Below, piece by piece: positions 50,492-64,000 of a DNA stretch of 64,000 nt. Source of the DNA: Eledone cirrhosa (Eukaryota); assembly GCA_964016885.1 (NCBI GenBank), contig OZ024740.1, forward strand, positions 77,748,001 through 77,812,000, read 5' to 3'. Both the position numbers and the translations under genes were made by a program. Every line of letters begins with the position of its first letter. The first letter of the stretch is position 1. Below the pieces are notes generated by a model that was given only the letters and a program-made list of their open reading frames with translations, did not search any database and was not told the origin of the DNA.

Positions 50492-53478
50492 CGTTTCTGA
50501 ATTTGTTTAGCAAGATTCTTTATCTGAAAACGTGTGTTGAAACCTATATTGTTATACTTTGGGAGGGTCATGTTGCCAATAAGAAACACACGCACCAGTT
50601 GCTTTCACTTCAATTTATTATAATAAATTTATAAATTTAGGAATTTATAAATTTCCGGTTGGTTGGTTGGTTCCACAACCAGATGGTTGTTTATATATTG
50701 TCAAAGTTCTTTCGTCACACATTCTGTGACCTCTTCAGTGACTGGGTATTCTTTTCTTTGTTTTTGTGCCTCTCCTTTGTTTTGTCCTACGCCATCTTGT
50801 TTTTGTGTGTGTGTTGTGTGCTTAGTTTGCGCATGTGTTACATCCGGGTGTCTGTGTGTGTTTATATTCGTTTATTTATTTGTTTATTTACATGTTACTG
50901 GTTGGTTGTTTGTTCTATGCGCGTGTGTGTTTTCATTTTGACCTTAATTGTAAGTTGTGATGTTGCTGTTCCACTCATGTTTTCTATTTAATTTTGGTTG
51001 TAATTCATTTATGTTTATTACCTCTGTGATTTGTCTAAACATTGTGTCTTTTCTGTGTGTAGATTCTAATTTTATTTCTATGTTCTCTAATTTACCCTTA
51101 TGTTCTATTTTAGCATGTTGGTAGAGTACAGATGATTCTTTACTATCTTGAAGGTCGCGCCAGTGTTCATTTATCCGTTCCCCTATACTACGAGCTGTCT
51201 CACCTATGTACACTATATTTTTATCTCTACATTGTCCTTCAGTACATCTTATGCTATATACTACATTTCTAGTTTTACAATTAATATGGGGGCTTAATTT
51301 ACAGATTATACATTTCTTATCTATACAGGGAGGTCTTTGAAAAGGGTATGTCTTGCTAATAAGTGTTTTTATGGAAGTACCTGGTCTTTCTACTATCTTA
51401 ATATTGAGTTTATGTTTATCTAGGGCCCTTCTAAATTTGTAAGCTAATTCACCTCTAGGGGTTGTATCGATGAACATTACACTCTGGTATTTATTTCTAT
51501 CATACCATGAGTTTATTCTATTAGCCTTATTCCTAGTTCTTTCTATTCTATTCCAAAATTTGCTCCTATACAAGGGGCAGGTCCCATTTGTGTCATTATT
51601 TACCATTTTTTCCTATTTGGTTCTGGCTCCTCTATACACTCTGATTTTATCTCTCTGATTGTAACCAGAGAACTGCATACAGTGGATGAAGTGTTGTATG
51701 TGTCTCTCTAGTTTTTCGGGGTTGCACATGCGGGACACGTTTCTCATCACCCGTACCAAATCCGCAATCAGTATGTTGATTTTGGTATGGTCCGAAACAG
51801 CTAAGTTTCGGTGGATCAGATATTTGGAAGTCATGGGTTTGGCATAATGGGAATGGAGGATTTGTTTTTTGTTATTAATGGTATCTAACCAGAGCTCTGT
51901 ATCTAGTACAGGTAATCGATGGTTGGGGTGTTTGCTTGGGTAGTCTATAGTAACTCTAATACTCTGGTGGATGGAGTAGCTATTTGCTGGATGCTTTCCA
52001 TTGTGTTTTTCTCTAATTCCTGACTGTTCTCTAATGAGAGTGTTTTAACTACGATGTTTATATCATCAACGTAGCGGGAGTACATTATCAGGGTTAAGGG
52101 GTCTTCTAATTGTTCTTTAAGTTTAAGTTTAAGTCTACTGTCCCACCATACCATGAATAGGTTAGCTATGTCGCCTGCAATGCTAACACCAATGGCTGCT
52201 CCCTCCTCTTGGGCATATGTTTTTCCATTAAATTTGAACATATGTTCCTTAAGGGTTAATTTTATGCTGGCCCCCACTGCATGTGAAATCATTTTCTTTA
52301 GTTCATCGTTGTTTTCGGGGGTCCGTATGGCTCTGGTCCACCCGTTCCATCTATCTGTGTGGGTTTTCTTGGCTATTGAGGTAATGGTAGGTGGACTGCC
52401 TCTTGCTGGTCTTGTAGGGCACAGGTTGCTAAGGTCATATGTGTCTAGATAATTATTACTATAGGTAAGTTTAAGTAGGAGTCCCAGCTCACTGGTATCA
52501 ATCCCATGGAATTCAACATTGCTCTCACTGATCATTTCTACCCATTTCTCCACAGCAAAATCCACGTCAATAGATGGATACAGGGACACAACATCCATAC
52601 TACCTATTATGCATTTTGTTAGGTCCCTAGATCGGTTACCCTCGCCGATTCTGCTGAGGAGATCCTCCGTGCTGTCACATACATCTGGGGACATTTCAAT
52701 GATGGGGCGTATGATCAGGGAGAGGAAGTAGGACAGTCTGTAGTTACAAGCAATGTTAGCTCCACAGATTGGCCGTGTTGGTGGTCCTGTGACAGGGTCA
52801 CTGCTCGTTTTATGGTCTTTTCGAAGCCCATACAACGCTGGGACGTCATTGTTCCAGGCCTGGAAGTTGTTGGCAGTCCTCAAGATAGTAAAGAATCATC
52901 TGTACTCTACCAACGTGTTAAAATAGAACATAAGGGTAAATTAGAGAACATAGAAATAAAAATAGAATCTACACACAGAAAAGATGCAATGTTTAGACAA
53001 ATCACAGAGGCAATAAACATAAATGAATTACAACCAAAATTAAATAGAAAACATAAGTGGAACAGCAACATCACAACTTACAATTAAGGACAAAATGAAA
53101 ACACACACGCACATTGAACAAACAACCAACCAGTAACATGTAAATAAACAAATAAATAAACGAATATAAACACACACAGACACCCGGATGTAACACAAGC
53201 GCAAACTAAGCACACAACACACACACAAAAACAAGATGGCGTAGGACAGAACAAAGGAGAGGCACAAAAAACAAAGAAAAGAATCCTCAGTCACTGAAGA
53301 GGTCACAGAATGTGTGACGAAAAAACTTTGACAATATATAAACAACCATCTGGTTGTGGAACCAACCAACCAACCGGAAATTTATAAATTCCTAAATTTA
53401 TAAATTTATTATAATAAATTGAAGTGAAAGCAACTGGTGCGTGTGTTTCTTATTGGCAACATGACCCTCCCAAAGTAT

Positions 53479-53483
<5 letters not shown>
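50490..53483 (-). mobile_element. Penelope-like element, Naiad-type family B, with ~600-bp inverted 3' end
   Basis: RT-GIY-YIG on the minus strand; 52880-53483 is an inverted copy of ~50545-51152; (TA)n on both sides; hammerheads at 50700-50742 (-) and 53290-53332 (+). Confidence 0.9.
50944..52880 (-). pseudogene. PLE RT + GIY-YIG (frameshifted, 5'-truncated)
   Basis: LYGLRKDHK, MDVVSLYPSI, RYVDD, VVYSIRC..YIGETARS, LNRKHEW; paralogous to the 36109 ORF. Confidence 0.9.
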
Positions 53484-53518
<35 letters not shown>

Positions 53519-53809
53519 CAACAAATACCAAAGATATAATTAAATGATTATTTTGAAACTTATGTATTTGTTCTTAACTCTTGATAATTTCCTTTTCCTC
53601 ACTTTTTTCATTTAAAGTAAGCGTCTGTATTAAAGGTGTAATATTTATCACATATCAAGTGATTATAACGATGTCATTATAAGGACGTTGCTTCCTATAA
53701 TGAGAATCAAATATATTTTTCTCCGTTGACACAATAATAAACGAAAAAATATTCATTAAATACTTGAGTTAAAGATTAGATAATAATATATAAAAATATT
53801 AATCATATA

Positions 53810-54150
53810 CTCTCGGCTCTCGAATAACCGCCCCCCTCACCCCGCTTATTGAATCTTGTTAATCTATCTCAAGCGAAATGTTATTTTAAGTGGTGGCATT
53901 CCTGCAACAATTAATTGTTTTTAGACATTCAAAAACACTATACATGACAACAAAAAAACATTACAAGAAATCCCATATGTTATAAAATAAAAAGGATGGT
54001 TTGGAGTCTTAATATGTAAACTAAACGACTAATTCTGATTTCTAAAAAAATCAAGGGAGAAAACCTAGAAAAATTACCGATGTTCCAAACCCTGCTCCCA
54101 CCGTTTATTCCAACCGTACCCCCATACCCCAGTTATTTGGGACCCGAGAG
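53810..54150. mobile_element. TA-flanked MITE, family X
   Basis: TA|CTCTCGGCTCTCGAATAAC ... GTTATTTGGGACCCGAGAG|TA; internal similarity to the 16551 copy. Confidence 0.75.
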
Positions 54151-54267
54151 TATGTTTATATATATATGATAAATATTTTAGCAAGGTTTTTAAATAAAAA
54201 AAACGTATCAGGAATAAAATGAATTAATTTCATTTGTGTTATTTTTTTGCATTATTATATGTGTGAG

Positions 54268-54486
54268 AGTGGTGGATTGGCTGTATCGGTAGAGCATCGG
54301 ACACCCTGCTTCGCGGCAGAGAGTTACGGCCCTTTACATTCTGAGTTCAAATCCCGCCGAGATTAGCTTTGCCTTTCCTCCTTACGGGGTCGATAAAATA
54401 AAGCACCAATAATGAACTGGGGTCGATTTAATCGACTTTCCCCTCCCCTTCAAATTGCTGGTCATGTGCATAAATTAGAAATAATT
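54268..54486 (+). mobile_element. OR-like SINE, long subfamily
   Basis: Same head and body with an extra GGGGTCGATTTAATCGAC segment. Confidence 0.85.
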
Positions 54487-54817
54487 TGCGCTCTGTACCA
54501 CCACATTCGTACGGCTTGTCAAATCTGCTTCCATGAGAATTGATTCTTAACCAATTTTACAGATTATCCTAATAAAATTTGTCCCATTTTGCTGATTGTG
54601 GATTGCATTGAGCTCGAAATATTATCGGCATAAGCCTTTATTTCCCTTGAGTATTTACTTTTGTGATATATAAAAGCGTTTAAATATATGTTGTTCTAGC
54701 TAGATTTTCTCAACAAAGTCTCCATACGGTTTAAATACGCAGCAAATCTCCGATATCCGAATGGCTAAATGTCAGCAGAAGGGCACCCAGGAGTATGACT
54801 TGGATGCGGGCCGGTCC

Positions 54818-54901
54818 CTTTAGTGTGTAAGAAGTTAAGTGCCGAAACACTCGCTTAAGGTTTTTTTTATTCTATGAAGCTCTCCTGAGAGTTTCTTACC
54901 A

Positions 54902-54967
<66 letters not shown>

Positions 54968-55158
54968 TATGATTCCAGTTCCTCAGTGAAACAACAACCC
55001 AACCAGGAACTGGGCATATCAGAGTTTTGACAAAGTTATACACCTCAACAACATGTGTACTCGTCTCTACCACACTTTAGTGTGTAAGAAGTTAAGTGCC
55101 GAAACACTCGCTTAAGGTTTTTTTTATTCTATGAAGCTCTCCTGAGAGTTTCTTACCA

Positions 55159-55196
<38 letters not shown>

Positions 55197-55304
55197 TATG
55201 ATTCCAGTTCCTCAGTGAAACAACAACCCAACCAGGAACTGGGCATATCAGAGTTTTGACAAAGTTATACACCTCAACAACATGTGTACTCGTCTCTACC
55301 ACAC
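54818..55304. repeat. Tandem duplication (two units, ~257 and ~229 bp, differing in internal (TA)n length)
   Basis: ctttagtgtgtaagaagtt ... ctctaccacac occurs twice, apparently identical outside the TA run. Confidence 0.9.
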
Positions 55305-55312
55305 TAATTCGG

Positions 55313-55367
55313 ACTGCCTGAAGAGGTCACAGACAAAGATGGCTGTCACCGAAATATATATAGCAGT
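55313..55367 (+). ncRNA. Minimal type I hammerhead ribozyme with canonical core
   Basis: ACTGC-CTGAAGA-GGT(C)ACAG..CTGT(C)ACC-GAAA-TATATA-TA-GCAGT: 5-bp stem I and palindromic stem III loop. Confidence 0.78.
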
Positions 55368-55604
55368 AATAAACGAAGCCAAATTTTAAACATTTGACTT
55401 ATTTATTTTATTTTATTTTACATTACTCCGGGGTAACCAAACCAACCTGCGCACTTCGTCGAGTGCTCCAATCTGCATACTAGGTGTTGGTATACAACCA
55501 ACATATACTCAAAATTTATATATATATATATATTTATTAAAATAACAGATTAAAGTTTAAGCAAAGAATCGCTGCTTTCACCCTTATTATTATTATTGTT
55601 GTTA

Positions 55605-56502
55605 TTCCTTGAATCTCAGTCATTGATGTTGGTTAACTGGAAAGTCCGTTGGATTGAATATCAAGCCACTACCTGCAGCCTCAGATATTCAGGACGTATC
55701 GGAGGGTTCTTGCTGTTCCAAGCAAGCATGCCTTTTGAAGCGTTCCAAAAAGCGTGAAGGGGCCGATTTTCTTTAACCATCCCTGGAAACTTTTGGAGAT
55801 AGTCCCCAGTGCGCCTATGACAATCGGGATCACTTTGACTTCATGGCAGTTCCAAATCCTTTTCACCTCCCACTTTAGGTCCTGGTATCGGTTAATTTTC
55901 TCCCTCTCCTTCTCTTGCACTCTCGTGTCGAACGGGCAGGCCACATCCACAATCAGACACGATCTTTTTTCTTTGTCCACAACCACCAGGTCAGGTCTAT
56001 TGTGTTCCAGTTTTTTGTCCGTCTGTATCCTAAAATCCCACAGCACCTTCACCTGATTGTTCTCCATCACCGCCTCTGGCCTATGCTCATACCATTTCTC
56101 AGAATGTGGTAAATTGTTTACTTTGCACAGGTGCCAGTGGATCACCCTGCCCATCACATCGTGTCTCCAGCCCTTATAGTGGGTCTGGGCTAGGTGTTTA
56201 CACTCGGACACAATGTGAGCCACAGTCTCCTCTCTCTCTCCACAGATCCTGCACAGTGGGCTAGCCTCCTCCTTGTAGATATGGTGCTTCAACCACTTCG
56301 TTTTGAGGGCCTGCTCCTGCGCAGCCATTAGCATTCCTTCTGTAGCCTTTTTGAGGTCTCCTCTTCTCAACCAGTTCCATGTCTGTGGATCTCTAAATTC
56401 AGTTTTCTCAAAGAAGGTACTATGAAGGGATTTTCCCTTAAGGCTGCTCTTCCTCCTTGATGTTATTTCCTCCTTGGACATCCCCTGTCCTACTGTCCCC
56501 TC

Positions 56503-56503
<1 letters not shown>
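55605..56503 (-). mobile_element. Dong family C 3' fragment in (TAA)n
   Basis: ORF 55681-56481: QEQAL, CRIC..H..C, RHD, RPDL; (ATT)n on both sides. Confidence 0.9.
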
Positions 56504-56580
<77 letters not shown>

Positions 56581-56586
<6 letters not shown>

Positions 56587-56680
56587 TTGCCTTTCATCCT
56601 TACGGGGTCGATAAAATAAAGTACCAGTAATGTACTGGGTAATTGCTGGCCTTGTGTTTAAAGTAGAAACAATTATTATT
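56581..56680 (+). mobile_element. OR-like SINE 3' half
   Basis: Matches the SINE body; sits in (ATT)n. Confidence 0.8.
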
Positions 56681-56710
56681 ATTACTATTATTATTACTAT
56701 ATATATATAA

Positions 56711-57496
56711 CTAGCAGAATGGCTCGGCGTTGCTCGGGATTTGCTATAGGGTTCTTATATATTTGATATATATTTATCCTTATCGAACCTCGTGAAATAA
56801 ATACGTTTGTTTATATTTTGTTATTGTGTATGCAAAAATATCTGTCCATAAATATATAATTATATATATATATATTAAAATAACAGACTAAAGTTTAAGC
56901 AAAGAATCACTGCTTTCCCCCTTAACGGGATATTCTACCTAAAAGCAGTATGAAGTACATACACTAAGACTAATTGATGTAATCTTTGGCCTTGTTTGTT
57001 TATATTTTGTTTTTGTGTATGCAAAAATATCTGTACACGAATATCTTTATTAAAATAACATATTAATGTTTAAGCAAAGAATCGCTGCTTTCAACCTTAA
57101 CGGGATCTTCTTAAACTAAAAAAATCAATCTGGAAAACAGGAAGACGATACTTTGGTTCGTGAAGACGTTCCCTGGCATAAGAATATATATACACACACA
57201 CACTGATCGCGTCATAATGACGTAATGCAGACAGTCAGGCATACAGACAGATATTATGAAGGCGCGACGTCATATCTATGTATCTATCTAAAAAGAGAAA
57301 GACTAAGAGAAAGAGAAAGAGATCGCTAAATCTCCTAATGCGGTCCCTAGGGCATTGAAAATTTGAAATTTTTTTTGCTCAAAACACTTCCGGGGTCATA
57401 CGAGTTACATGTATAAAGTTTGAAAAAAACCGGTTGGGTACTTCTCGAGTTTTAGGGAAACAGACACACAGACATCCTCTGTTTTATATATATAGA
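56711..57496 (-). mobile_element. Non-autonomous Helitron
   Basis: Minus strand: 5' TCTATATATATAAAACAG..TGTCTG, 3' hairpin CCGAGCAACGCCGAG then CTAG|T; internal ~185-bp tandem repeat. Confidence 0.7.
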
Positions 57497-57533
57497 CTAG
57501 CAGAAAACCCAACCGGGGGCGGTTTTCTGCTAG

Positions 57534-57830
57534 TCTATATATCTAAAACAGAGAATGTCTGTCTGTCTGTCAGCTCACTAAAACTTGAGAACCATCCAAC
57601 CGATTGTTTTCAAACTTTAGACATGTAATGCTTATGGTCCTGTGAGTGTTTTGAGCAAAAATTATGTCAAATTTTCAATGCCCTAGAGACCGCATTAGGC
57701 GATTTAGCGTTCTCTCTCTATAATTCTTAGTCTTTCTTTTTAGATAGATACATAGATATAACGTTGCGCCCTTATAATATCTGTCGTCTGTATGTCTGGC
57801 TGTCTGCATTACGTCATTATGACGCGCTCA
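57534..57830 (+). mobile_element. Non-autonomous Helitron 5' portion (inverted relative of the 56711 copy)
   Basis: Starts TCTATATATCTAAAACAG..TGTCTGTCTG; ~300 bp is the diverged reverse complement of 57207-57496. Confidence 0.65.
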
Positions 57831-58057
57831 GCGCGATTCCCTCGGCCTCAGTGACCAAAGTCAGTGGAGAGGGGAAGGTAATGTTTCTGTAGCACGTGTT
57901 TTAGCGTCTATTCACTCTCTCTCTCTCTCCCCCTCTCCCTCCCGCTATCCGCCTCTCGTAGTCTGTCTCTTTCTTTCACTCTCACTCTCTCTCTACGCAC
58001 GTGTTTCCACTGTCGGACAGACAGACAGAGAAATTTCTGGTTATATATATATAAGTA

Positions 58058-59623
<1,566 letters not shown>

Positions 59624-60294
59624 TGTTGGAGGAGAGATTCACGCACTGACACACGAGTTCTGTCGCGAAAATATCTGGCCGAAGACTGTAAAATAGAATA
59701 CATACTTAGTCGGGTTTCAATTGCTAATCGGCTTTTTTGCCTCCATACAATTAATCAAGCGACTCTTCTGCATGATGTTCTTTCGGTTCTCAAATTAGGA
59801 ATCTTTCAGTGACGAGGCTACAGGCCCGATCGTTTTTGTCACACGGCCGCATGAAGACGTTGGGGGCACTTTGCAACTTTCATTTATGGTGTATATTCAT
59901 GATGCACAGTGGCAGGGTAATCGAAGTAAAGAGCCAACATGACCTTGATTTTGCCCCCCGCACCTGACGTGCATTTTATGATCTTAGCGATGTTGGATGC
60001 TTTCATTGTGATGACTAAGCTTTCGTTTCTGGGTCGTACACATACAACCAAGTCTCATCTCTAGTTATTGCGGTATTCAGAAACTCGGAGTCCTTGTTGG
60101 GAGTATTCAGCAGGTCATACACTATTTCAAAACGAAGTTGCTGTTGTTAACGAGAAAGCATCTTGGACATATCTAAATTCTCCTTTAAAATTTCGTGTGC
60201 AGAATCCTTACTGATCGTAACCTCGTCACCGACTTCCATCCATCCATCCATACATACATACATATGTGTGTGTGTGTGTGTGTGTGTATGTGTG

Positions 60295-60329
<35 letters not shown>

Positions 60330-60340
60330 GTGCGTGTGTG

Positions 60341-60449
<109 letters not shown>

Positions 60450-60759
60450 ATCTATCTAATTATCTAAGTGTGTGTGTATATATGTATATATATGTATGTG
60501 TCCCTTCAATGTCGACATCAGTCCTCGAGGGTTGTCTGTTCTTGTTGAGTTATCCTCTGCTAAAAATAATAGCTAAATCTCATTTTGATCAGAGCTGATG
60601 AATGGTCCCGGGTTTCATTCCAACCAACAGCTCGTAAGTGGATATGGATGTCACGTGAAGACCTACACGCCTGACCTATTTTATATGCATTACTCATATG
60701 TATTGTACTAAGTAACTAATACATTTTATTTTATCTTTTTCTAAGGCAGTGAAGGTAGC

Positions 60760-61240
60760 CGGATTGGCAGTATCGGTAGAGCATCGGACATCATGCTTCG
60801 CGGCATAGAGTTACGGCTCTTTACGTTCTGATTTCAAATCCTGCCAAGGTTATCTTTGCCTTTCATCCTTATGGGGTCGATAACATAAAGCACCACTAAT
60901 GCACTGGGGTCGATTTAATCGACCTTGCTCCTTCCCCCCAAAATGGTTGGCCTCGTGTCTAAATCAGAAACCATTATTAAGGCGGTGAATAAGAGTGGTA
61001 GAGTGGCAGTAACGATAGAGCGTCGGACAGCATGCTTTACGCTATATACATAATTACGGCATTCTCAGTTCAAATGCCGTCGAGGTTAACTTTGTCTTTT
61101 CTTTCAAATTATCATGGCGGCGAATTGGCAGAACGTCGAGTAGAAAGCTTTGCGCTATGCGTTGAGGTTCTCTTCTCTCTGAGCCCAAATCCCGCTGAGG
61201 TCAACTTTGCCTTTCATCCTTTCGAGGTCGATAAAAAAGA
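60760..61240 (+). mobile_element. Cluster of three OR-like SINE copies (~60760-60980, 60980-61100, 61115-61240)
   Basis: Repeated tRNA-like heads and TTCAAAT..CGAGG..CTTTG bodies. Confidence 0.75.
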
Positions 61241-61467
61241 TATCAATCCTGTACTAGAGTAAATTATTCCTTTATATCCCTTTCTCACCTCCTCTCTATC
61301 ACTCTCACTCCTTCACTGGAAGAAATCTGATGTGTTCAGATCTGGAGAGAGGGTGGCCTTCGCCAGATCTATAATACCCAAGAAACGCTGTATGTCACGA
61401 CAGCACCCCGACTACTCCATCAGGTGCTAAGGGCCCATACATACACATACATACATTATTATACGTA

Positions 61468-61950
61468 CTAGCAGAAAAACCACCCTTCGGGTGATATTCT
61501 GCTAGCATGTGTAGTGTGCATATTGATATTACACGCAAATACATATGCATATAGATATGATACATCAAATAAAATCGTAATTGACAATATACACAGAAAT
61601 TGAACGAAGACTGCGTTACGCTCTCTTATGTAATCAGTAACGTATTCCATGATACATTAAAAAAAGACGATATTATATATAAACTGCATTAGGAGAAAAT
61701 TAGTGACGGAAATATATGAATATTTATTTACGCGATTGCTAACCGGAAGTGTTGACATTTGAAAATTTGAAAGAAGTGAATCTTTAAATAAACAATAAAA
61801 TATATTTAATCAATAGCTACGAAAATTAGTAGATAAATTATGTAATATTCATTCATTATTTATTCAAAGTAATCCAACTTATTTTACTAACTGGATTAAA
61901 AGAAATAAAACGTACGCAGTCCCGCACTCCTTACTTTATTATAGTTTAGA
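61468..61950 (-). mobile_element. Non-autonomous Helitron with canonical ends
   Basis: Minus strand: A|TCTAAACTATAATAAAG ... hairpin CACCCGAAGGGTG ... CTAG|T, an AT target with no TSD. Confidence 0.75.
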
Positions 61951-62077
61951 TTTACCGAGGCCTGATTTCTACGTTCAGAAACAATAATATTTTAATTGAA
62001 TAGCTGAAGCGTAGAGAAATCTCACATATGATCGTAAAAACAAACGACTGTCATTGTGAGCAGTCATAAGTTGCGTA

Positions 62078-62299
62078 CTCTCGGGTCTCGAGTAATCGTC
62101 CCCCACCCGCTTTATTAATTTTTCACATTTTTTCCACCCCCACCCACCCCTTGCTTGTAATTTTATTTTAGTTGGTAATGTAAAGTAAACGACTAATTCT
62201 GGTTTTTGAAAAAAAAATCAACGGAGACAACGTAGAACAATTATCGCTTCCCCATCCCACTTATTTCAACCTCCTCCATTATTTTTTTTTACCCAAGAG
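62078..62299. mobile_element. TA-flanked MITE, family X (shorter)
   Basis: TA|CTCTCGGGTCTCGAGTAAT ... ACCCAAGAG|TA; shared internal taattctggttttt..tcaacggagacaac. Confidence 0.65.
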
Positions 62300-63904
62300 T
62301 AGGTCGTAATTCAAGGAATCCCTGAATATGTGTATATTCAATAGACTGGCTAGTTTTAGCATCTAGGAGGAAAATGTTTCGAAAATGAACATTTGTTGTC
62401 AATCTATAGTAAATGTTGTGTTTTTCATGCTAAGCCAGAAGCTAAAAATACAACTGTGGTGGAGTGGCTGTTGCAACGGGTGTCACTGGCCATTGTCCAC
62501 GGAAACACCTTTGCAGTATTGTCCGTGGGGTGACTCCGAAACACCGTGCTGACCTAGGCGTAGAGTCTGTCACCCTCTCCCCTTCCCTCTCTCTTTCTTC
62601 TGTTGCCTAATAACCCTTGCTTTTTCCCTTCTTTTTCTTCGCATTTATGGCATTTATAGTCCTTTCCTTTACTTTCCTATACAGCCAGATCTGCCCTTTT
62701 TTCCCCTTCACACATTTCTTTGCATTTTTTTCAATATTTATATCATCGTATAACTTCTCTCTGTAAAATATAGTTGACATAATAAGTTTATTTTATTATA
62801 TTTAAAAATAAAACTGTGGTTATCTTCTTTTAAAATCCACCGATAGGACGACGGAACAGTCAAATGTTTCTATGCTGATTGGCAGAAAATATAGACAAGC
62901 TATTTCGAATATTTTTATTTTGGCCTAATTTCTTCTTGGCATTGGCTCAATAGAGTTATTTTCCTTTACACGTTTTTTTTTTTTTTCAGTTACTTAGAAT
63001 GAAAACTGGTAAACAGATAAACCTTCACATTTCAACCATATAAAGGAGCTTTTCCACGGTAACCAAAAGCCAAATTGCCTCAGTGTGGGTGTGTGTCCGT
63101 GAAACATATACGTAGACACCAGGTCCGAACACAAAGGAACCAAATTCCCAATGTCACTGTCTCCGTCTCTTCCGCTCTCCCCATCTTTCACTATTATGAG
63201 CAAATGGGGACTCACACACTGGCGGTCCCGCGGCCCCAACGGACAGAATAGAGGAGGCTTTCTCCGGTGGAGGGTGAGAGAGACGCGCTGGAAAAGTCAT
63301 TCTAGCTCGCGAGGCTCACATCTGCGAGTAGCCAGCTCTGGCCGTGAGTAGGGAAGTGGCCATAGGGTCAAGGATACCAGAAGTCTCCACTGCTACGGGC
63401 TCGACCGCAAACCTGTCGGAGAGCGACCGATATTTGGAGAGTTTACGCTCTTCGGCCTGAAGTGCAGCAGAGCCTCACTCAACAAATTAGAAACGGCAGC
63501 CAAATCTTCAAATTGTATGCCAAGCTTTTTGACATTAAACCACTTGAATACGCCCTAGTTCGGCAATTTTTTATTTAGTGTTTATATTTATCTGAAAACT
63601 TTCCATCATAATTTTATTTAAGCGCCCCAATGGAATTACCCCTTTTTCCCTTTCGAAGGAGATAAATCCCTTATCTGGGACACGACATGCTGTGACACGT
63701 TTTACATCTCCAATTTAGTCGCCTTGGCCACAAATCCCGGTACTTGCAGCTCACAATGCAGAGTATAGGAAGACAAGTACCAGAGCTTGTCCGGCACCAT
63801 TTTGTCCGCGAGGCGCAGCTGAAACACTACTCTCATATAGTTATAGAGTCTATCACCCTCTCCTCTTCCCCCTTTCTTTTTTCTTTTGTCTAGTAGTCCT
63901 CTGC

Positions 63905-64000
63905 GGAGGCACTTGGCCTACTGGTAAAGGTTCGATTCCTGGACTAGGTTGCGTGTTGTGTTCTTGAGCAAAACACTTCATTTCATGTTGCTCCAGTATA
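63905..64000 (+). mobile_element. tRNA-derived SINE head (different family), cut by the window edge
   Basis: TGGCCTACTGG A box, GGTTCGATTCC B box, then gtgttcttgagcaaaacactt. Confidence 0.6.

Noticed and set aside
62440-63880. Possible decayed retroelement or gene with a short repeated 3' motif
   Set aside because: No diagnostic motif could be read, so it cannot be classified without a database search.

Overview
Eukaryotic, gene-poor, repeat-dense DNA. The tRNA-derived SINEs and repeat landscape suggest a cephalopod (octopus), which is an inference. I could not support any host gene, rRNA, true tRNA or CRISPR array, and most short ORFs in the track are microsatellite artefacts. The window is a mosaic of retroelements sorted by the microsatellite they sit in. 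(ACAT)n arrays hold R4/Dong-type RLE LINEs plus RTE LINEs and a ~600-bp non-autonomous RTE derivative. (ATT)n arrays hold a second Dong family plus two Tx1/L1-clade LINEs, one full length with an intact 1139-aa ORF2. (TA)n arrays hold Penelope-like elements (two Naiad-type families and one Neptune-like fragment) and short palindromes carrying minimal hammerhead ribozymes, including U3-A8 core variants. Also present are a DD37D (maT) mariner deletion derivative, TA-flanked MITEs, non-autonomous Helitrons, many SINE copies, a 90-bp minisatellite and several long hairpins.
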